Of a stretch of 64,000 nt of DNA, positions 12,237 through 26,440 are shown piece after piece. Both the position numbers and the translations under genes were made by a program. Below the pieces are notes generated by a model, which saw only the letters and a list, made by a program, of their open reading frames with translations, made no database searches and had not been told where the DNA came from. Source of the stretch: Octopus vulgaris (lineage: Eukaryota); assembly GCA_951406725.2 (NCBI GenBank), contig OX597833.1:53506001-53570000 (forward strand), written 5' to 3'. Every line of letters starts with the position of its first letter. Positions within the stretch are counted from its first letter, which is position 1.

Positions 12237-12648
12237 TATTTCTTTATTACCCACAAGGGGCTAAACACAGAGGGGACAAACAAGGACAGACAAAGGGATT
12301 AAGTGGATTAGATCGACTCCAGTGCGTAACTGGTACTTATTTAATCGATCCCGAAAAGATGAAAGGCGAAGTCGACCTCGGCGGAATTTGAACTCAGAAT
12401 GTAATGGCAGACGAAATACCTATTTCTTTACTACCCACAAGGGGCTAAACACAGAGAGGACAAACAAGGACAGACAAATGGATTAAGTTGATTATATCGA
12501 CCCCAGTGCGTAACTGGTACTTATTTAATCAACGCCAAAACGATGAAAGGCAAAGTCAACCTTGGCGGAATTTGAACTCAGAACGTAACGGCAGACGAAA
12601 TACCGCTAAGCATTTCGCCCGGCATGCTAACATTTCTGCCAGCTCGCC
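12237..12648 (-). mobile_element. SINE family B, tandem dimer
   Basis: Two units. Flanking duplication atcttaccaatacc at 12223-12236 and 12658-12671. Confidence 0.88.
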
Positions 12649-13520
12649 ATCTGGCCAATCTTACCAATACCACCACCACTTGACAACCAATGCTGATTTG
12701 TTTATGTGTGTGTAACTTAGCAGTTCAGCAATAGAGAATGATAGAATAAGTACCAGACTTAATAGAAAATAAGTACCGAGGTCGGTTTACTTGACTAACA
12801 CTTTAAGACAGTGCCCCAGGATGGCTGCAGTCCAATGACCGAAACAAGTAAAACATTAAAAGTTTGCCTTAAAAAGAGAAAACAAAATAGTGATGTGATC
12901 GCAGCTGAGACATCTACGATCAGAGATCATCATGGACAATCAGGAATGGCCTAGGGCTAAATCGTAGCACACAGCAACAACAACCACGGTTTCTAGCTGA
13001 ATGTCTTGATGAAGGCAGGGAAATCCTGTTTAATGTTGATTTGCAGACTTTATTTAAACCTTGATCACTAATTATTAGTTTAGTGATTAGCTCACAGCTT
13101 GTTTATTGATTCATAATTTGATGTTTGATTATTGATCTCAGGTTTAAAAGTTGATTAATTAGCTTTTGATTGCAACAATCTTTGATTTTAACAAATCTTT
13201 GATTGCAAAATTAGATTACTGAATTAACAGTGAAATATGCAGATGTGGCTGAGTACGAAACTGAACAATTTGCATATTTTAAATGGATTACATAATGGGT
13301 AATGAATGAGGGCCACTACTTCAGGTTGCGATGACCCTGCTTGATGCGTGTCCTACAGGTGTAGCTTGTTCTGACCAAAAAATACACAGGCACATCGGCA
13401 GTAGGTCTCCAAGGTGTCTTTGTCATTTTATCATATGTTTTTGGGTTCTCCCATCAAATGAAGCTATAGCATTACTTCTATCCAACCCTCTCATAGTAAG
13501 TCCTTGGCAGAGGTATTTGG

Positions 13521-13934
13521 GGCAGCGAGCTGGCAGAAACGTTAGTGCACAGGGCGAAATGCTTAGCAGTATTTCGTCTGCCGTTGCGTTCTGAGTTCAA
13601 ATTCTGCCAAGGTCAACTTTGCCTTTCATCCTTTCAGGGTCAATAAATTAAGTACCAGTTACACACTGTGGTCGATGTAATCGGCTTAATCCGTTTGTCT
13701 GTCTTTGTTTGTCCCCTCTGTGTTTAGCCCCTTGTGGGTAGTAAAGAAATAGGTATTTTGTCTGCCGCTACATTCTGAGTTCAAATTCCACCGAGGTCGA
13801 CTTTGCATTTCATCCTTCCAGGGTCGATAAATTAAGTACCAGTTATGCACTAGGGTCGATGTAATCGGCTTAATCCGTTTGTTTGTCTTTGTTTGTCCCC
13901 TCTCTGTTTAGCCCCTTGTGGGTAGTAAAGAAAT
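13521..13934 (+). mobile_element. SINE family B, tandem dimer
   Basis: Two units. TSD aggtatttgg at 13511-13520 and 13935-13944. Confidence 0.88.
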
Positions 13935-14502
13935 AGGTATTTGGGGTAGCTTACCATTGCCTTCCGTAACTGGATGGCCACAAGGAGCTCGTATCCATCC
14001 ATCAATAGGTTTTGTTTTTAGTCCTGTTGGATTTCCAGACCCCCTTCCTCACAAGAGTAACAAGCTACTCAAGCGTAGGAGATGGCTTAGTCACTGACCA
14101 CTCATCCAGGGAACAGGTAGTACAGTATTGGTTTACAGGTAGTACTAGTAGCAGGTCAAATCAGCCTTTAATGAGATCACTGACCCAACTGCCCTCCAAG
14201 GTGTACACTTCAAATATTTAAGACTGCTATCAAGATCTGAGCTCATGGCCAGCTTCATCCAGGCTCACACCCATCGCTTCCATGTTCACCATGTCAAACA
14301 GAGCACCTTGCAATAGTTTCTTCAGAATCTACAAATGAGGCATAGGTTTGGCTGTGTGGTAAAGAAACTTGCTTACCAACCACATGGTTCCGGCTTCAGT
14401 CATACTGTGTGGCACCTTGGGCAAGTCTTTCCTACAATAGCCTAGAGCTGACCAAAGCCTTGTGAGTGGATTTGGTAGTAAGAAACTGAAAGCAGCCCAT
14501 CG

Positions 14503-14553
<51 letters not shown>

Positions 14554-14694
14554 AGATAAAATGTTCAAAAAATTTTATCAGTGGCCAGCATACTTAAAAG
14601 GAGGAGGAGGAGGATGGAGGGGGATGGAAGGGGATGATGATGATGATGATGATGACGATGATGATGATGATGATGAGGAGGAGGAGGAGGAGGG

Positions 14695-14990
14695 ATAAAA
14701 CTGCTGTATTTTTCTTGTACAGAAGGTGCTAATTTTCTTAACAGTGATCTCACTTTTCCATGATCCATCCAACACTTGCATTCTTCCTTGAAGATTTCTT
14801 CATATCTTCTGAAGTACACCATAAAAGTTATACCCTACTCTGGGTCATAACTAAATTCTGTTACAGCATTCACTATGCCATCTGGTGAAAATGAACTTTC
14901 AGTGTTTCCAGACTTCTATAACCATGACTCCATCAACTGTTTGTGTTGTAGCTGTTGCTGTCGTAGTTGTTGCTGCTGTTGCTTGTTTGT
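14695..14990 (-). pseudogene. Gypsy-type LTR retrotransposon gag fragment, decayed
   Basis: Translation EFSYDPE*GITFMVYFRRYEEIF...W...KVRSLLRKL...KYSSFI resembles the N-terminal gag domain of invertebrate Gypsy elements. It contains stops and is cut off by a microsatellite. Confidence 0.65.
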
Positions 14991-15019
14991 TTGTTGAGTG
15001 AAGCGGTCTTTGTCCCAGA

Positions 15020-15347
15020 GTGGGAGAAGTCCGAAACATGGTCCTTTGCTATTCGTAAGACCCGCAGAAGAGAAAGCAGGTCAACCTCCGACACCGAGAG
15101 CATCGACGGATGGATGAATGCGCATCCAGGCTCAGCGGTTGCATAGGAAGTCGGGGACCAGAAACAGGAAGAAAGAGTGAGAGAAAGTTAGAGCGAAAGA
15201 GTACAACAGGAGTTGCCACCACCCCCTGCTGGAACCTCGTGGAGCTTTAGGTGTTTTCGCTCAATTAACACACATAACGCCGGGTCTGGGAATCGAAACC
15301 GCGATCGTCCAACTGCAAGCCCGCTGCCCTAACCACTGGGCCATTTC
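15020..15347 (-). mobile_element. SINE family D (tRNA-derived), tail type 2
   Basis: Head aatggcccagtggttagggcag...ggtttcgattccc. Tail shared with 40234-40565. Confidence 0.85.
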
Positions 15348-15356
15348 ACCCCCACT

Positions 15357-15742
15357 GTGGAGGCGCAATGACCCTGGGGTTAGGGCAGTGGACTCGCGGT
15401 CATAGGATTGTGGTTTCGATTCCCAGACCGGGCGTTGTGAGTGTTTATTAAGCAAAAACACCTAAAAGCTCCACGAGGCTCCGGCAGGGATGGTGGTGAT
15501 CCCTGCTGTACTCTTTCACCACAACTTTCACTCACTCTTACTTCCTGTTTCTGTTGTACCTGTATTTCAAGGGGCCGGCCTTGTCACTCTCTGTGTCACG
15601 CTGAATATCCCCGAGAACTACGTTAAGGGTGCACGTGTCTGTGGAGTGCTCAGCCACTAATACGTTAATTTCACGAGCAGGCTGTTCCGTTGATTCGGAT
15701 CAACCAGAACCCTCATCGTCGTAACCGACGGAGTGCTTCCAT
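15357..15742 (+). mobile_element. SINE family D, tail type 1
   Basis: tRNA-like head. Tail shared with 30482-30868. Confidence 0.88.
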
Positions 15743-15961
15743 CATCAGATCACCTCCACTGCTGCTGTTGCTGTTGCTTTTGCAACTGTAATATGCCAGC
15801 TAATAGATTTCCCATAATCAACGATATTTTTGTATCAAAAAAACATTGTTAATGACCCGAATCAACTTGTCGCCATTTTCACAAGTGGATATCCTCGTCA
15901 CCACATTTATAGTATAATTACAGTGTATCACTTTTATATCCTACACTATAACAGTGGGATA

Positions 15962-16167
15962 CTCTTTTACTCTTTTACTTGTTTCAGGCATTTGACTGTG
16001 ACCATGCTGGAGCACCACCTTTAGTCGAGCAAATCGACCCCAGGACTTATTCTTTGTAAGCCCAGTACTTATTCTATCGGTCTCTTTTGCCGAACTGCTA
16101 AGTTGTGGGGGACGTAAACACACCAGCATCGGTTGTCAAGTGATGTTGGGGGGGGGGGACAAACACA

Positions 16168-16206
<39 letters not shown>

Positions 16207-16212
16207 ACACAT

Positions 16213-16253
<41 letters not shown>

Positions 16254-16465
16254 GGCGAGCTGGCAGAAATGTTAGCGCGCCGGGCGAAATGCTTAGCGGT
16301 ATTTCGTCTGTCGTTACGTTCTGAGTTCAAATTCCGCCGAGGTCGACTTTGCCTTTCATCCTCTCGGGGTCGATAAATAAAGTACCAGTTTAATCGACTT
16401 AATCCCTTTGTCTGTCCTTGTTTGTCTCCTCTATGTTTAGCCCCTTGTGGGTAGTAAAGAAATAA

Positions 16466-16510
<45 letters not shown>

Positions 16511-16665
16511 CGACGGGTGTCTTTCTGTTTCTGTCTACCAAATCCACTCACACGGCTTTGGTCAGCCCGAGGCTATAGTGGGAAAACACTTACCCAAGCT
16601 GCCATGTAGGTGGGACTGAACATGGAACCATGTGGTTGGTAAGCAAGCTACTTACCACACACCCA
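15962..16665 (-). mobile_element. SINE family A with a family B SINE (16251-16465, +) nested in its linker
   Basis: Tail 15962-16170 and head 16510-16665, with the B copy between TA runs. Confidence 0.85.
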
Positions 16666-16996
16666 CTTCTTATTATACAATACTACAAGACAGGGAAGAC
16701 ACAAACTGTCCCCACTTGATGTATTCCCCAAGTACTCTGGTCAACAAACATAACAACTCCAAAACAAACTCTCAACGAGCTATGACAACTTCTCAGCAAT
16801 TTCTTGTGAATCCTCAAACTCTCAAATGACATCGCTTGACTTCTTGTGATTTTCTCATTCTCTCACTCAGGCAAACAATGTGCTACTTATACTAGTTCAG
16901 CTAGTCTATTCTCACAGGCAGTGTCAATGACCCTCGCCATAACACTTTCAATATCATTTTAGCAAGTTGAAAGTGATTTCTTTCATGCCGTAAACC

Positions 16997-17411
16997 TATT
17001 TCTTTACTACCCATCAAGGAGCTAAACACAGAGAGGACAAACAAGGACAGACATAGGTATTAAGTCGATTACATCGACCCCAGTGCGTAACTGGTACTTG
17101 ATTTATCGACCCCGAAAGGATGAAAGGCAAAGTCGACCTTGGCGGAATTTTAACTCAGAACATAACGGCAGACGAAATACCTATTTCTTTACTACCCACA
17201 AGGGGCTAAACACAGAGAGGACAAACAAGGACAGACATAGGTATTAAGTCGATTACATCGACCCCAGTGCGTAACTGGTACTTAATTTATCGACCCTGAA
17301 AGGATGAAAGGCAGAGTCGACCTCGGCGGAATTCGAACTCACAACGTAACGCAGACGAAATACCGCTAAGCATTTCGCCCAGCGTGCTAACGTTTCTGCC
17401 AGCTCGCTGCC
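16997..17411 (-). mobile_element. SINE family B, tandem dimer with 16-bp TSD
   Basis: TSD tttcatgccgtaaacc at 16981-16996 and 17412-17427. Confidence 0.9.
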
Positions 17412-17440
17412 TTTCATGCCGTAAACCATTTACCATTTCT

Positions 17441-20083
17441 ATTGAAATCAAATTCGATGACTGGCATCCGTACTAGTGGACCGCTAAGAGCACCATATGA
17501 GCGTGATCGTTGCCAGAGCAACAAGCTGGCCTCCGTGCTGATGGCACGTAAAAAGCACCATTTGAGCGTGATTGTTACCTGCATCGCCTTACTGGCACTT
17601 GTGCTGGTGGAACATAAAAAAACATCCGAGCAAGGTCATTGCCAGTGCCGCTGGAATGGGTCCTGTGCAGGTGGCACATAAAAAGTACCATTTGAGCATG
17701 ATCATTACATGCATCGCCTTACTGGCACTTGTACTGGTGGCACATAAAAAAACATTCGAGCGAGGTCATTGCCAGTGCCGCTGGACTGGGTCCTGTGCAG
17801 GTGGCACATAAAAAGCACCATTTGAGTGTGATCTTTACCTGCATCGTCTTACTGGCACTTGTGCGGGTGGCACATAAAAAAACATTCGAGCGAGGTCATT
17901 GCCAGTGCCGCTGGACTGGCTCCTGTGCAGGTGGCACATAAAAAGTACCATTTGAGCATGATCATTACATGCATCGCCTTACTGGCACTTGTACTGGTGG
18001 CACATAAAAAACATTCGAGCGAGGTCATTGCCAGTGCCGCTGGACTGGGTCCTGTGCAGGTGGCACATAAAAAGCACCATTTGAGTGTGATCATTACCTG
18101 CATCGCCTTACTGGCACTTGTGCTGGTGGCACATAAAAAAACATTCGAGCGAGGTCATTGCCAGTGCCGCTGGACTGGTTCCTGTGCAGGGGGCACATAA
18201 AAAGCACCATTTGAGTGTGATCATTACCTGCATCGCCTTACTGGCACTTGTGCTGGTGGCACATAAAAAAAACATTCGAGCGAGGTCATTGCCAGTGCCG
18301 CTGGACTGGCTCCTGTGCAGGTGGCACATAAAAAGCACCATTTGAGTGTGATCATTACCTGCATCGTCTTACTGGCACTTGTGCTGGTGGCACATAAAAA
18401 AAACATTTGAGCAAGGTCATTGCCAGTGCCGCTGGACTGGGTCCTGTGCAGGTGGCACATAAAAAGCACCATTTGAGTGTGATCATTACCTGCATCGTCT
18501 TACTGGCACTTGTGCTGGTGGCACATAAAAAAAAACATTTGAGCAAGGTCATTGCCAGTGCCGCTGGAATGGGTCCTGTGCAGGTGGTACATAAAAAGCA
18601 CCATTTGAGTGTGATCATTACCTGCATCGTCTTACTGGCACTTGTGCTGGTGGCACATAAAAAAAACATTTGAGCAAGGTCATTGCCGGTGCCGCTGGAC
18701 TGGGTCCTGTGCAGGTGGTACATAAAAAGCACCATTTGAGTGTGATCATTACCTGCATCGCCTTACTGGCACTTGTGCTGGTGGCACATAAAAAAAACAT
18801 TCGAGCGAGGTCATTGCCAGTGCCGCTGGACTGGGTCCTGTGCAGGTGGCACATAAAAAGCACCATTTGAGTGTGATCATTACCTGCATCGTCTTACTGG
18901 CACTTGTGCTGGTGGCACATAAAAAAAACATTTGAGCAAGGTCATTGCCAGTGCCGCTGGACTGGTTCCTGTGCAGGTGGCACATAAAAAGCACCATTTG
19001 AGTGTGATCATTACCTGCATCACCTTACTGGCACTTGTGCTGGTGGCACATAAAAAAACATTCGAGCGAGGTCATTGCCAGTGCCGCTGGACTGGGTCCT
19101 GTGCAGGTGGCACATAAAAAGGACCATTTGAGTGTGATCATTACCTGCATCGCCTTACTGGCACTTGTGCTGGTGGCACATAAAAAAACATTCGAGCGAG
19201 GTCATTGCCAGTGCCGCTGGACTGGTTCCTGTGCAGGTGGCACATAAAAAGCACCATTTGAGTGTGATCATTACCTGCATCACCTTACTGGCACTTGTGC
19301 TGGTGGCACATAAAAAAACATTCGAGCGAGGTCATTGCCAGTGCCGCTGGACTGGGTCCTGTGCAGGTGGCACATAAAAAGGACCATTTGAGTGTGATCA
19401 TTACCTGCATCGCCTTACTGGCACTTGTGCTGGTGGCACATAAAAAAACATTTGAGCAAGGTCATTGCCAGTGCCGCTGGAATGGGTCCTGTGCAGGTGG
19501 CACATAAAAAGCACCATTTGAGTGTGATCATTACCTGCATCGTCTTACTGGCACTTGTGCTGGTGGCACATAAAAAAAACATTTGAGCAAGGTCATTGCC
19601 AGTGTCGCTGGACTGGGTCCTGTGCAGGTGGCACATAAAAAGCACCATTTGAGTGTGATCATTACCTGCATCGCCTTACTGGCACTTGTGCTGGTGGCAC
19701 ATAAAAAAACATTCGAGCAAGGTCATTGCCAGTGCCGCTGGACTGGCTCCTGTGCAGGTGGCACATAAAAAGTACCATTTGAGTGTGATCATTACATGCA
19801 TCGCCTTACTGGCACTTGTGCAGGTGGCACATAAAAAGCACCATTTTAGTGTAGCCGTTGCCGGTACCGCCTGACTGGCCCCCGTTCCGGTGGCACATAA
19901 AAGCACCCACTACACTCTCGGAGTGGTTGGCATTAGGAAGGACATCAAGCTGTAGAAACTCTGCCAGATCAGATTGGAGTCTGGTGCAGCCATCTGGTTT
20001 GCCAGACCTCAGTCAAATCGTCCAACCCATGGTAGCATGGAAAGCAGACATTAAACAATGATGATGATGATGATGATGATGAT
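17441..20083 (+). mobile_element. SINE family C with an expanded internal minisatellite
   Basis: 5' gaaatc...gactggca start, internal array, and 3' ggagtggttggc.ttaggaagg...(GAT)n as in shorter copies. Confidence 0.85.
17535..19880. repeat. 130-131-bp tandem array (two ~65-bp subunits), ~18 units
   Basis: ggtggcacataaaaa recurs every ~65 nt, with a higher-order period of 130-131 nt. Confidence 0.95.
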
Positions 20084-20206
20084 GTGATTCCCCTTCCATC
20101 CTTTGATGTCCTTAGCATATTCTTATTTGGTTTAGTGGTTAAACCAGCACTGAATCTTTTCAATAATCTCAGCTGAGAAAATTACTGTTTTCTATGATAT
20201 ATTCAT

Positions 20207-20600
20207 AGAAATCGAAATCGAAATTGAACCAATCCTATGACTGGCACCCGGCAGATGCCAGGACCCCTGGACTGGAGATACGTAAAAAGCCCTATCCAAA
20301 TTGTGGCTGATGCCAGCGCCGCCTCGACTGGCTTCCGTGTCGGTGGCACGTAAAATGCACCAATCCGACCGTGGCCGATGCCAGCCTCACCTGGCACCAG
20401 TGCAGGTGGCACGTAAAAAGCACCCACTACACTCACGGAGTGGTTGGCGTTAGGAAGGGCATCCAGCTGTAGAAACATTGCCAGATAAGACCGGAGCCTG
20501 GTGCAGCCTTCTGGCTTCCCAGATCCCTGGTCGAACCGTCCAACCCATGCTAGCATGGAGAACGGACGTTAAACGATGATGATGATGATGATGATGATGA
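20207..20600 (+). mobile_element. SINE family C
   Basis: Internal ggtggcacgtaaaa subrepeats and a (GAT)n tail. Other copies lie at ~22300-22502, 41130-41510 and 42198-42430. Confidence 0.85.
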
Positions 20601-20989
20601 TTCAACACACATTTTTCTTTCCCCTTAAAACATGTCCCATGTCTTTTATGCAATGTTGAGTCTATGCTACATGTTTTAATGCATTAAAAAACCTTTTCTT
20701 TCCCTGAATATGTGCAGTTGAAACTGGGATGCATCTAATATGTCCACGCACCTTTTATACCACCAAATGCAATATTACTGTGTTCAACTGAAATAAGTCA
20801 GTGTAAAAAAAAGTGTTTGTATCTTAACTCCAGTGTGTAAGGGGATCTTTTTACAGACATAGGACACACACACTCCTACACAGACACACAGACACACACA
20901 CTCCTACACAGACACACAGACACACACACATCTACACACACACACCTACACACACACACCTACACACACACCTACACACACACCTACAC

Positions 20990-21375
20990 ACACATACACA
21001 CACACTTACACACAGATGCACACACACCTATACAGACATACACCTACAAATACACCTACACACACACCTGTACACACACCTACACACACACCTATACACA
21101 CACACTTACACACAGATGCACACACACCTATACAGACATACACCTACAAATACACCAACACACACACCTGTACACACACCTACACACACACCTATACACA
21201 CACACTTACACACAGATGCACACACACCTATACAGACATACACCTACAAATACACCTACACACACACCTGTACACACACCTACACACACACCTATACACA
21301 CACACTTACACACAGATGCACACACACCTATACAGACATACACCTACAAATACACCTACACACACACCTGTACAC
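20990..21375. repeat. 100-bp tandem repeat built on a CA-rich microsatellite (~4 units)
   Basis: cacagatgca at 21011, 21111, 21211 and 21311. Confidence 0.92.
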
Positions 21376-21554
21376 ACACACCAACACATAGACGCACACA
21401 CACCTACACACACTAAATCTGTTCACAAGGCTTTGGTCTGCTCGAGGCTATAGTAGAAGACACTCGACCAAGGTGCCATGCAGTGGGACTGAACCCAGGA
21501 CCATGTAATTCAGAAGCAAGCTTCTTACTACACAATCATGCCTGCGCTTATATA

Positions 21555-21971
21555 CTCTTTTACTTTTTACTCTTTTACTTGTTTCAGTCATTTGACTGCG
21601 GCCATGCTGGAGCACCGCCTTTAATCGAGCAACTCGACCCCGGGACTTATTCTTTTGTAAGCCCAGTACTTATTCTATCGGTCTCTTTTGCCGAACCGCT
21701 AAGTAACGGGGACGTAAACACACCAGCATCGGTTGTCAAGCAATACTAGGGGGACAAACACAGACACACAAACATACACGCACACACACACATATATATA
21801 TACATATATACGACGGGCTTCTTTCAGTTTCCGTCTGCCAAATCCACTCACAAGGCATTGGTCGGCCTGAGGCTATAGCAGAAGACACTTGCCCAAGGTG
21901 CCACGCAGTGGGACTGAACCCGGAACCATGTGGTTGGTTAGCAAGCTACTTACCACACAGCCACTCCTGCA
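21555..21971 (-). mobile_element. SINE family A, full length
   Basis: Matches the family across head, linker and tail. Confidence 0.9.
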
Positions 21972-22719
21972 GACATATCTTAAAGAATGTAGTCATGTAA
22001 ACCCAGAACAATACAAGAAGGTACAAAGTAAACTATAAAAGGAAAAGAAAACAGAACAAAGCTGCAGATTTACTTTGCATTTCTATATTTTGGGGTGAAA
22101 ACCCCGTTATCAGGACATTCGGAAAAGTATTGGTTGGAAAAAGTTTCTTGCTCAGATATTGGGGTGGAGGGGGAGGGACAGGAGAGGAAGAAGGAAGAAG
22201 GAGGAAAGTGACATGTACGGACTGCTGTTGCTATAGCGACCAGTCTGCTTCATGTAGTTCCTTTCTGTTGTTAATGGCTGGTTTCAATTTGTTTATGAGG
22301 TGCGGGTGGCACGTAAAAAGCATCCACTACACTCACGGAGTGGTTGGCGTTAGGAAGGGCATCCAGCTGTAGAAACATTGCCAGATAAGACTGGAGCCTG
22401 GTGCAGCCTTCTGGCTTCCCAGACCCCAGTTGAACCGTCCAACCCATGCTAGCATGGAAAACGGACGTTAAACGATGATGATGATGATGATGATGATGAT
22501 GAAGGCTTCCATAATTCTGAGATTGCCCCTGTTGTGTGAGGTTGCCTTGATGGAGACTTTGAAATTCCGTTCTAATCTACGAAATCCACTCATGAGGCCT
22601 TGGTCAGCCTGAGGTGCCGAACAGTGGGATTGAACACAAGACCACATAGTTGGGAAGTAATTCCTCTTCGCAACATAGCTATACTTCTTCACCATGTGCT
22701 TATGCTCACAACATTTTAA

Positions 22720-23027
22720 CCCCTTGCCCGGCAGAAACGAATATATGCGTTTTGACCGAAATCGTTTTTTTCTATCTCTGGCGAGTTAACTCGTCAAAAG
22801 ATAGACTCGCCAAAATTGACAGCAAACGAGTTCCTTTGTCTAAAAACGGGTTAACTCGTTTCTGCCCAAAGCGGTAATTTAAAATCAATATTATTGAATT
22901 AAAATTCATAATAAATAAGGTTTGAAATATACCTCGAAATCACCATTCAAAACATAGTAAAATAAAACAATTAAAAAATATGTCTGAAAAAATACATTTA
23001 TTTTCAAAATAATTGTTGGGTAAGCGG
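22720..23027. mobile_element. piggyBac-like MITE
   Basis: TTAA at 22716-22719 and 23028-23031. Imperfect TIRs ccccttgccc / gggtaagcgg. Confidence 0.55.
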
Positions 23028-23611
23028 TTAAAAAGAGGTAATGTGTCCTAGCCACAAAACAAATAATATTCCTGAAACATCATCTCCAACTATGGCATGA
23101 TTTGAGTCAGATACCATCAAACCACACTTTGTAGCCGATACTGTTTAACCATCTTATCTCCTTGCTCATTAAGGACTGCATCATGCTGCATTCTTCCTCC
23201 TTTTTAAAATAGTAGGGTGTACACCAAAGGAAATCAGACTGTTATTTCTAGCCTACTATGCAAGCACATAGAAACTCTCTCGTTGGTTTGATCTAAACCA
23301 TTGTTTCATTCTCTTAGGGTAGACACAATATTCTGCTTGCCACAGGCTATTAAGTTCTATTTAGTTGAGTAGTTAAAGGTAAATATGATTTTTTTTTCAA
23401 TGCTATGTGTTTTGTATTTGTGTATATATGTGTATATATATATATACATATATATATATAAATATCTAATGTAATATTCTTCGTCTCAAATTACTCTTGA
23501 GCACTTCTAAGTCCAAACCTCTATTTTGTTAGTGAATTTCTAATCAATCTTCTTTCTCAAAACAATTATATATAAATATAAACATATATATACATATAAA
23601 TATAAATATAC

Positions 23612-23701
<90 letters not shown>

Positions 23702-23730
23702 GTATATATATATATATATATATATGCATT

Positions 23731-23765
<35 letters not shown>

Positions 23766-23874
23766 GTATGTATATATATGTGTATATATATATATATGCA
23801 TATATATATATATATATGCATATATATATATGCAAATATATATACATATATATCTACACACTCACACATATATA

Positions 23875-23917
<43 letters not shown>

Positions 23918-24829
23918 GCATATATCTACATACGCACACAAACACATACATATCTGTCTATATACATATATATAATAACGTATGTATATGCATATGTGTA
24001 TATATGTGTGTGTACATATAACTATATTTATGCATAAAGAATATATACATACACATTCAACTTAATGTAAATATTGTAGATGTCATATATATACACACAT
24101 ACCAATGCACATATATATAATATATGTATGTATATATATATATATAATATATGTGTGTGTGTGTGTGTGTGTGTGTATACACGCACACATATACAAATAT
24201 TGTTCTGTTGATAGCATACAAATTTTAAACTGTACATTTTTACCAATAAAAATAATTTTTGCTGACACAGACCACGACTAATTTCCCCAGAGACTGTTTT
24301 GATTTACCTGTCTCTCTCTCTCTCTCTCTTTCTCTCTCTTTATACTGTGTATTTGTGAGTGCATACAGGTGTGTGTGTGTGCATGTGTAGCAGAGGTGTT
24401 GTTATGATGTCAGTTTCTGAGTTTGTATTTGGTTTTGGCAAGCGACTTCATCTGAAATTGAGTGTAGAAACACAACTGTTACATAATGAAAGACTTCTTT
24501 TAACCATTTAAGAACACACAAAAACTGTTCTATTCACATCTCTGTATATTTCGCTGCTGGTGAAATCTTCATTGCACTTCCCCGAGCAGGTCACTTACAA
24601 AGGTCTACTGCATCTGTTAAAAATCAGGTACCGGAAAGTTTTTTATAAGCCTCAGGAGGTTTCGTTTCATCTTGCAGGAGTGGGTGTGTGGTAAGTAGCT
24701 TGCTTATCAACTACATGGTTCCGGATTCAGTCCCACTGCATAGAACCATGGGCAAGTATCTTCTACTATAGCCTCAGGCTGACCAAAGCCTTGTGAGAGT
24801 TTTGGTAGATGGAAACTGAAAGAAGTCCC

Positions 24830-24882
<53 letters not shown>

Positions 24883-24884
24883 CA

Positions 24885-24984
<100 letters not shown>

Positions 24985-25294
24985 AGAGGTGCAATGGCCC
25001 AGTGGTTAGGGCAGCGGACTCACGGTCATAGGATCGTGGTTTCGATTCCCAGACCAGGTGTTGTGAGTGTTTATAGAGCAAAAACACCTAAAGCTCCACA
25101 AGGCTCCGACAGGAGGTGGTGGCAATGCCTGCAGTACTCTTTCGCCACAACTTTCTCTCACTCTTTCTTCTGTTGACCTGCTCGCTTAGCCAGCGGGGTA
25201 GCGTCATTTGAAGGCTAAAACAATGTGAAGCACATTGTGACCAGCGATATGTAGCAACATCTGATAGCCTGGTCGGTCATGGTGATCACGGTGA
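24985..25294 (+). mobile_element. SINE family D, tail type 3
   Basis: Same tRNA-like head and body, with a different 3' end finishing ggtgatcacggtgat. Confidence 0.82.
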
Positions 25295-25304
25295 TATATA
25301 TATG

Positions 25305-25349
<45 letters not shown>

Positions 25350-25354
<5 letters not shown>

Positions 25355-26440
25355 GACATGCAGGAAGTAAATAGACACCTTTAATTTTCAAAATTTCTGA
25401 TCTAAGCGTCTTAATATGTTTTCAGCAGTGTAGAATTTACAATGTAATTATTCTTTTTCATTCCAGGTGCCATTATATTAAACATTTGCGAAGAGTAACC
25501 ATGCCATGCACAAAAAATGCAGCAGAACTGTCAGATTTTCAAAGATGTTGTATTGTTGGGCAATCTTGGCCTGGTTTTAGCCAGTGAAAAATTGCCAAAA
25601 ATTATCAAATTCTTCTTGCTACTGTTAATAGAATTATAGTGCAATTCAAAAACCAAGGAAAATAATCAACAGATTCTCATCCTAGCCAACCTAGGCCCTT
25701 GGAAAGGAAGCTTTGCTGTTTGGAGAGAATTGTGGAAAAACGAACTCCATTCAAAGGTTTCTGACATTGCAAAACAGCTTGAAGTTAGTCCAAGACCGTG
25801 TGTTACATATCTGCATAAGCTTGGGTACTATTGATGAGTAGCTAGAAGAAAACCCCTCTTTCAATCAATTAATATCATGAAAAGAAAGAAATGGGCTAAG
25901 GAGATGTCAGAAAAATCCAATTCATTTTGGGATAGAGTGATTTTCTCAGATGAATCCAGGTTTGCATTATTATCAGACAGAGGACGTGTTTGGGTCTGGA
26001 GGCTTCCCAATCAAGAATTTGATTCGAAACGACTCCAACCAACTGTGAAACATGGCGGTATCACTGTAATGGTATGGAGAGCTGTCACCAGCAATGGTCG
26101 TTCTGAGCTGATCGAATGTGTTGGAACCATAAACTCTGAAAAATGCATCGAAATACTTAAGCAAGGATTACTCCCAATGTATTCACACAATAACATAATA
26201 AAAAATGAGTTTTTATTCATGGAAGATGGGGCTCCATACTACACAGCAAAAAGGAATCAGCAATGGCTGACTGAAAATGGGATCAAAAAGCTTCCTTGGC
26301 CGAGCCAATCTCCTGACATGAACCCAAGTGAAAATCTTTGGAGCTTCCTAGATAGAGCTATACGAAAAACTTGACAGAAACCTAAATCTAAAGATGAATT
26401 GCTTTGATTGCTGCATGGAAAGTGGGCACTTTCCCATTAA
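25350..26440 (+). mobile_element. Decayed Tc1-family DNA transposon (DD34E-type transposase pseudogene)
   Basis: ORF 25877-26374 has VIFSDESRF, QPTVKHGG..VMVW, FMEDGAP and WPSQSPDMNPSENLW. The interrupted N-terminal HTH region starts at ATG 25501. Confidence 0.9.

Noticed and set aside
17442-19906. Cluster of similar short ORFs
   Set aside because: They are translations of the 130-131-bp array, with frameshifts at A-runs.
24500-24580. Diverged relative of the 58400-58570 unit with a possible hammerhead
   Set aside because: The flank similarity is visible, but the core and stem I are too decayed to call.
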